64,000 bases of DNA from Lewinellaceae bacterium (GTDB lineage Bacteria > Bacteroidota > Bacteroidia > Chitinophagales > Saprospiraceae). The position numbers and the translations under genes were made by a program. The stretch covers positions 282,627 through 346,626 of the forward strand of contig JACJYM010000001.1 of the NCBI GenBank assembly GCA_020636155.1. The letters are read 5' to 3'. The notes under the pieces were generated by a model, which did no database searches, had not been told where the DNA came from, and worked only from the letters and a program-made list of their open reading frames with translations. Every line of letters begins with the position of its first letter. Position 1 is the first letter of the stretch. Shown here in pieces: positions 58,878-64,000 of the stretch.

Positions 58878-60590
58878 ATGAAAGTCATTAAAAAAATAAC
58901 TTACATTACTTCTTTAATTCTATTCCTAAACTCATGCGCAAAAGATGACAAACTTGCGAATTTAGATGAAAGTAATTTAGATAAAAATGAAATTTTCGCA
59001 CGAAGCTCAAGCAATACTACCGATTATCTTGAATTTGAACAAGCTTTTAACGTCAAACAATCATCAATTTCAAAAGATACACTAGACTGGTTTAATCCCT
59101 TAAAATATGATATAGATATATCTTCTGCATTGTATACTCAATATTTTGGTGCCCCATCCATTATTTGTAATACTTTAAATAGTCCTTTCCAATATACAAA
59201 ATTAGTTAGGAATCAAATATTAATTCTGAAGAATTCAGATAATTCCTTCAATATTTATAATTTATTTTATATTGCAAACAATCAATACTATAATGATAAA
59301 GGTTTTGAACCACGTATGGTAAATTTTACTGGGAAAGTTATTCAGTCCACGAAATTAAATGAGTTTAATAATCTATTCCTTTTTAGTGATGGAGATGTTA
59401 CCAGCACAGGTGGTGATTTTCAGGCTCGCGAAATAATACCTGATGACACTTTTGATAACGGTGGGTGTTGTTGTGGAGCACAGTGTGGTGGAAAAAATTG
59501 TGGACCATGTAATGGTTCTGGATCTGGAGGCACTCCTGGAATTAGTATTCCAGGGGGTAGTTATAATTCACCAGGTTGGAATGGTGGATGGGGGGATCAT
59601 TCTGGAGCGGGAGAAGGTGGGAATAATAATTCAGAAGGTGGTAGTGGAGGTCCAGGTGGTACCAACGGGGAGGTTCCCTCAACTGAAATAGATTGTAAAA
59701 ATCCTAACGCTTTTTGGACTAAATATGATTCTGCAGTTAAAAAAAATTATATAAATGCATTATCTCAAATTATTTCTACATACAATATTGTAGCTTGTCA
59801 TGATCCATTTGCACCTGGAAATCAGGATTGCACAATTACTTATTCTGAAATACTATGCAATGCTGAAGATTCCAATTGCTTTCCACCAGATAACAATTCA
59901 ATACCTTCTGAAAATGATTTTATGGATTGTTTAATGACAGTTCTCACCCCATTAGATAATCCACCAGTTTTACTTCCCTGCGAAACAGCAATTGATAATT
60001 TCAATATTTCATACGGCTTTGATTTTACTCCATTTGAATTGTATTTAATTATTGGAGATTTCGAAGAATCTTGTGGAGATCAGCAATCTTTTAATGAGGA
60101 AGTAAGTCAGAAACTTGCAGAGAAAATGAATGAATGTCTTGAATATGATTTTGTTGGGTGTTTTGAAACTCCAAATGGAATATGTCCTGAGTCTTTTAAA
60201 TTTCAAAATACGGGAGACGGTTATACTTGCGAGGTTAATTCAATAAATTTTAAATATCTTGGAGCATATACCAATAATATAAATATTGGTACTTTGTGTA
60301 TTCAAACAAGTAAAAGAGACGACTCAGGAAATTTAATAACTTCTTATGAAGCCTCAGAATTAATGACCTCGGCATGGGATTCAGCCAAAAGTGTTACAAA
60401 TACAGAGTTTGCAGCTGTCAATCATAATATGACAAATCAGGAATTCAAAAATTTATTCATAGAAAATTTATACATTGCCATGAATGTCTATTTTCAAAAT
60501 ACTAATGGTATATCAATTTCAATTTCCAGTGGACCTTGTATCGGTAATATACCTAAATCAAGACCAAAATATTCAATATTATGTTTTTAA
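58878..60590 (+). CDS. hypothetical lipoprotein with Gly/Cys-rich low-complexity linker and Cys-rich C-terminal domain
   Basis: 570 aa. Lipobox 'LILFLNSC'. Central 'GGCCCGAQCGGKNCGPCNGSGSGGTPGISIPGG..GGSGGPGGTNG'. The C-terminal ~300 aa hold about 20 Cys. GC content is below the flanks, and there is no T9SS CTD. Confidence 0.55.
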   Translation: MKVIKKITYITSLILFLNSCAKDDKLANLDESNLDKNEIFARSSSNTTDYLEFEQAFNVKQSSISKDTLDWFNPLKYDIDISSALYTQYFGAPSIICNTLNSPFQYTKLVRNQILILKNSDNSFNIYNLFYIANNQYYNDKGFEPRMVNFTGKVIQSTKLNEFNNLFLFSDGDVTSTGGDFQAREIIPDDTFDNGGCCCGAQCGGKNCGPCNGSGSGGTPGISIPGGSYNSPGWNGGWGDHSGAGEGGNNNSEGGSGGPGGTNGEVPSTEIDCKNPNAFWTKYDSAVKKNYINALSQIISTYNIVACHDPFAPGNQDCTITYSEILCNAEDSNCFPPDNNSIPSENDFMDCLMTVLTPLDNPPVLLPCETAIDNFNISYGFDFTPFELYLIIGDFEESCGDQQSFNEEVSQKLAEKMNECLEYDFVGCFETPNGICPESFKFQNTGDGYTCEVNSINFKYLGAYTNNINIGTLCIQTSKRDDSGNLITSYEASELMTSAWDSAKSVTNTEFAAVNHNMTNQEFKNLFIENLYIAMNVYFQNTNGISISISSGPCIGNIPKSRPKYSILCF

Positions 60591-61081
60591 TATTTCAATG
60601 CTTAATCTCGCTTACAATAATGAATACTTTTAAAGAATATTTAGAAATTAATAATGATTTTGTTGAATACGCAGTTACTACAATTGAGAGTGCATTTAAT
60701 CAGGAATATCATGTATATCATGAAAATATTATTCTTCTAGTTGATAATCAGCATAATATTGAAATTGAAGAATTGCAGACATATTCAAACATTAAAAATT
60801 ATGATATTTTTAATACCCAAGATTTAAATTATTCAATAAATAAATTATTGTGCCTCAAAGAAAATACATTGCTAATTCATTTTATACCTGGTCATTTTAG
60901 TGAAATTAAGCCTTCAGTGTTTATTCCTGATTTAGTTTCATTTACATCAAATATTAATAAATTGCAAAGTGTTAGAGGTGAATTTTATCCAGAATTTGAA
61001 ACTATTGCAGACAAAGTAGAATTCAAACCACCTAACACCTTTTTTATTTGTTCATTTGATTTAGATTCATCTTCCGAATAA
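60581..61081 (+). CDS. hypothetical small cytoplasmic protein, translationally coupled to the upstream lipoprotein gene
   Basis: The ORF overlaps the upstream stop by 10 nt. An alternative ATG lies at about 60620 (MNTFKEYLE..). No TM segment and no recognisable motifs. Confidence 0.4.
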   Translation: MFLIFQCLISLTIMNTFKEYLEINNDFVEYAVTTIESAFNQEYHVYHENIILLVDNQHNIEIEELQTYSNIKNYDIFNTQDLNYSINKLLCLKENTLLIHFIPGHFSEIKPSVFIPDLVSFTSNINKLQSVRGEFYPEFETIADKVEFKPPNTFFICSFDLDSSSE

Positions 61082-61242
61082 TAAAATTGAGGACGATTTC
61101 AATTTATCAAATTACAAACAAGTTTTTCGGGCTGTTCTTTCCATAGTTTTGAAAAACATCTTGAATCTAATGGATTGACTTAAAAGAAAATCTTTTGATT
61201 TGAAATATGAGAAGTGAATGCTGGTAATCAAATTACAGTATA

Positions 61243-62373
61243 TTGAAAATATTAATTGCTCCGGACAAATTCAAAGGTTCTCTATCCGCCGAAAAAGTAT
61301 GCGAGGCTCTTGCCGAAGGCATCCGAATGGTTCTGCCTCATGCTTCGATTGTCTCTCATCCGATGGCAGATGGAGGGGATGGCAGTTTAGATATTCTCAA
61401 GAAATATATAGAATTGACCCCAGTGGCCTGTCTTTCATACGACCCATTGATGAGACCCATCAAGACGGAGTATTATGTAAATGACGACACGGCATACATC
61501 GAACTGGCGAGTTGTTCCGGTTATGTCCTTTTGAGCACAGAAGAAAGAAACCCAATGTGGACGACGAGTTTTGGAACGGGGGTCTTAATCAAACATGCCA
61601 TAGAAATTACAAAAGCCAATAAGATTTATCTTTTTATTGGCGGTAGTGCCACCAATGATGCTGGTATAGGAATTGCCAATGCTCTCGGTTACAAATTCTA
61701 TGACTCGGATTACCATGAACTAAAGCCGATAGGTGCTAACCTACCAAAAATAGTTAAAATCGACCAATCTAACTACCTGAAAATGCAATCGTCATTTTCA
61801 ATTTTTGCGATCTGCGACGTACAAAATCCATTTTACGGATCACAAGGAGCAGCCTATATGTATGCTCGTCAGAAAGGTGCAAATGATGAAGAAATAAAAT
61901 TGCTAGATACAGGTCTGAAAAATATTTCTGAGGTCATCGAGAAGGATTTAATGGTTTCAATAGCTAATATTCCCGGCTCAGGTGCCGCAGGCGGAATCGG
62001 CGGTGGCATGATGGCTTTTTCTAATGCAAAGCATATCTCTGGCAGCCAATTTATGGTGAATCAAACCCGGCTGGAGGATGAAATAAAAGACGTTCAACTA
62101 ATCATAAGTGGAGAAGGCAAACTTGATGATCAGAGTCTGTATGGAAAATTGCCATCCGCCATGTCGATACTTGCACGGGATAATCACATTCCCTTTGCTT
62201 GTGTCTGCGGTATCGATGAAATGTCTCAGGAAGCAAAAAAGAAGCTCAATATAATCGATACGGTCGCATTGGTTGATATTGCACCTAATATTCAAAATGC
62301 GATAACTCAGCCCGAGAAATATCTCAAAATGGCTGCCGAAAAACTAATCAGAAACTTTATTTCTAGGAATTGA
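61243..62373 (+). CDS. glxK: glycerate kinase
   Basis: 376 aa. TTG start. 'KILIAPDKFKGSLSAEKVCEAL..HPMADGGDGS' and a C-terminal 'GGGMMAF' region are typical of the GarK/GlxK family. Confidence 0.88.
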   Translation: MKILIAPDKFKGSLSAEKVCEALAEGIRMVLPHASIVSHPMADGGDGSLDILKKYIELTPVACLSYDPLMRPIKTEYYVNDDTAYIELASCSGYVLLSTEERNPMWTTSFGTGVLIKHAIEITKANKIYLFIGGSATNDAGIGIANALGYKFYDSDYHELKPIGANLPKIVKIDQSNYLKMQSSFSIFAICDVQNPFYGSQGAAYMYARQKGANDEEIKLLDTGLKNISEVIEKDLMVSIANIPGSGAAGGIGGGMMAFSNAKHISGSQFMVNQTRLEDEIKDVQLIISGEGKLDDQSLYGKLPSAMSILARDNHIPFACVCGIDEMSQEAKKKLNIIDTVALVDIAPNIQNAITQPEKYLKMAAEKLIRNFISRN

Positions 62374-63085
62374 TCAACTTCCTAATGACATAAGCCGCCA
62401 TCGTCATACCAAACATGGCGGGCATGTAAGAAATCGTTCCATAGTAGGATCGCTTGTAATTGGCACCATCGGTAAGTGCCAGGCTGTGCTTTGCTTGAAT
62501 CTCTTCAGAGTAAACCGTCGTGACACCATCTTTTACCCCTTTGCGTTTCAGCATTTTTTTCAATTGTTGTGAAAACTTACACTCTCGGGTTTTAGAAATG
62601 TCAGCAATCTTTATTTTTGAAGGATCCAATTTTCCTCCGGCACCCATTGCAGAAATCGATCGTAATTTTAATGCTCTGGCAAGCAAAATAAAACTCAATT
62701 TTGGTTTGATACTGTCAATACAATCCATAACAAAATCAAATTCCTTGGTCAGTAGTAATGTCCTGACGGCCTCAGGCTCCAAAAACTCGGGATACACCTT
62801 AATTTCAATTTTGGCATTGATATCCCTAAATCTCTCGGCTAGCAATTCCGCCTTATTTCGGCCTATTGTTGAGTCTAAGGCTTGCAACTGCCTATTTTTA
62901 TTACTTATCTCTACGTCATCACCATCGACGATACTTAGCTTGCCGACACCGGCTCTTACCAGACATTCTGCGGCATAGCTTCCTACCCCACCTAGCCCTA
63001 CAACCAAAACATGGGCATTGGCAAGTTTGGTCATTGCATCAGATCCCAAGAGCAATTCTGTCCGTTGTTTCCACTCCTCCATCAA
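62363..63085 (-). CDS. tcdA: tRNA threonylcarbamoyladenosine dehydratase (ThiF/MoeB-type E1-like)
   Basis: 240 aa. The Rossmann motif 'VLVVGLGGVGSYAAECLVRAGVGKLSIVDGDDVEISNKNRQ' is present. Confidence 0.85.
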   Translation of the reverse strand: MMEEWKQRTELLLGSDAMTKLANAHVLVVGLGGVGSYAAECLVRAGVGKLSIVDGDDVEISNKNRQLQALDSTIGRNKAELLAERFRDINAKIEIKVYPEFLEPEAVRTLLLTKEFDFVMDCIDSIKPKLSFILLARALKLRSISAMGAGGKLDPSKIKIADISKTRECKFSQQLKKMLKRKGVKDGVTTVYSEEIQAKHSLALTDGANYKRSYYGTISYMPAMFGMTMAAYVIRKLINS

Positions 63086-63759
63086 AAAAAGTTTTTGCAG
63101 TTTTCTATCACTTGTCTTTTCAAATCATCCAAGTCCATTTTTCTTTCCTTTGATACTAATTCGTAAATATGCCGAATATCCAACCAGGAAGCACTATCAG
63201 TCTCCAAAAACAATCGATCTATGGGCATCTCTCTCATGGTTTTCAGGAGACCAAGAGAACTTTTTTCATGAGGTGCTATTGAGAGATAAAATCCGGCATT
63301 CATCAAGGTCTTTGCCAGAATTTCGTGCCTTGCATAACCATGTATTACCCAGTTTTTGATTTTAGGATAGTTTGGTTTTAATTTTAAAAGAGTGTCATAA
63401 GCCCTCACGCAATGAATTACAATGCTACATTCCAATCGATTGGCACGGTCAAGTTGTTGTTCAAAGATTAGCAGTTGATTGGTTGCATCACAATCTATCA
63501 ATTTGTCCAGTCCGCACTCACCCCATCCCAGACATTTTTCATCATCTTCGAAAATTTGGCTCACAGCATCGAGGTTCGGTTCTGAGAAATTCTCACCGCA
63601 TGACCAAGGATGAAATCCAATGGTGTAAAGGTTTTTAACCTTATTTTCACCAAAATTAATAGAAAGAATCTCCAAGATATCGTCACTCTCTGCATGCCTC
63701 AACTGATGCGTATGAAAGTCAATAAACGGCGTATATTCAAAATTTAATTCAATCACCAA
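63082..63759 (-). CDS. TatD-family metal-dependent hydrolase
   Basis: 225 aa. 'FIDFHTH', 'IGECGLD', 'VIHCVRA' and a C-terminal 'ETDSAS'-type motif. It overlaps the tcdA start by 4 nt. Confidence 0.8.
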   Translation of the reverse strand: MVIELNFEYTPFIDFHTHQLRHAESDDILEILSINFGENKVKNLYTIGFHPWSCGENFSEPNLDAVSQIFEDDEKCLGWGECGLDKLIDCDATNQLLIFEQQLDRANRLECSIVIHCVRAYDTLLKLKPNYPKIKNWVIHGYARHEILAKTLMNAGFYLSIAPHEKSSLGLLKTMREMPIDRLFLETDSASWLDIRHIYELVSKERKMDLDDLKRQVIENCKNFF

Positions 63760-64000
63760 GTCAGTTTTTTGAATTGTGTAAATGTAGTGAGAATTTCAAA
63801 TTGATACCTTGTGAATTGTAAATTAGATATATTTTTGCCATCTTCACTATCAATTAAAATTGCCACACCGCAATAAGTTTCAAGTCTTATCAAAACTGTT
63901 CCGAAAAAATCATATTTTGGGAATTATTAGTGCAAAAAAAGAATGAAACAGCACCTATTTCTGACAATTAATACGCTTGGAAGGGCTTAAAAACCGTAGA

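Noticed and set aside
62520-63638. ORFs 62520-62978(+), 62866-63153(+), 63018-63359(+) and 63372-63638(+)
   Set aside because: They are antisense to tcdA and tatD, which have clear family motifs. These are artefactual frames.

Overview
This window looks like a chromosomal segment from a Bacteroidota genome, probably Flavobacteriia-like. It is AT-rich, with roughly 35% GC in core genes. Many proteins carry type IX secretion C-terminal sorting domains of the form '...FPNPT...'. Promoters show Bacteroidetes-style -33 TTTG / -7 TAnnTTTG boxes. Housekeeping genes can be called with confidence, with products assigned from motifs and recalled family features rather than any database search: the accC 3' end, an MsbA-like ABC exporter, a MoxR ATPase, mfd, radA, a glycyl-tRNA ligase, mqo, xth, an MscS channel, an MtaB-like methylthiotransferase, a TcdA-like E1-type dehydratase, a TatD-family hydrolase, a glycerate kinase, an LTA-synthase-family sulfatase, and an arginine decarboxylase / agmatinase / deoxyhypusine-synthase-like polyamine operon. 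About 16.7 kb is occupied by two tandem giant secreted adhesin-like genes on the minus strand (1,931 and 3,594 aa). Both have signal peptides, HYR-like beta-sandwich domains, 'DLALIK...NYAEI...DEDDHDP' surface repeats (DUF11-type), a paralogous dockerin-like module and T9SS C-terminal domains. Four further T9SS cargo proteins are present, including an M1 aminopeptidase. The candidates worth a second look are all unproven. (1) An AT-rich islet next to tRNA-Arg(TCT), at roughly 28.6-31.2 kb. It holds a 210-aa RtcB-like mini-protein that keeps only the C-terminal HGAGR nucleophile region, two tiny self-contained transcription units (one with a clean Bacteroidetes promoter and terminator), a TPR-like protein and three degenerate tRNA-like sequences. 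(2) A roughly 316-aa gene split by an A8 homopolymer frameshift in another AT-rich islet, 3932-4880; it carries an Rx4H (HEPN/Abi-like) motif. (3) An SPFH-domain protein with three tandem N-terminal hairpin repeats, plus a separate SPFH + ribbon-helix-helix pair. (4) An AT-rich, translationally coupled pair: a Gly/Cys-rich lipoprotein and a small cytoplasmic protein, 58878-61081. (5) A perfect 10-bp inverted repeat directly upstream of the arginine decarboxylase start codon. No CRISPR arrays, insertion sequences, integrases or rRNA genes were seen.
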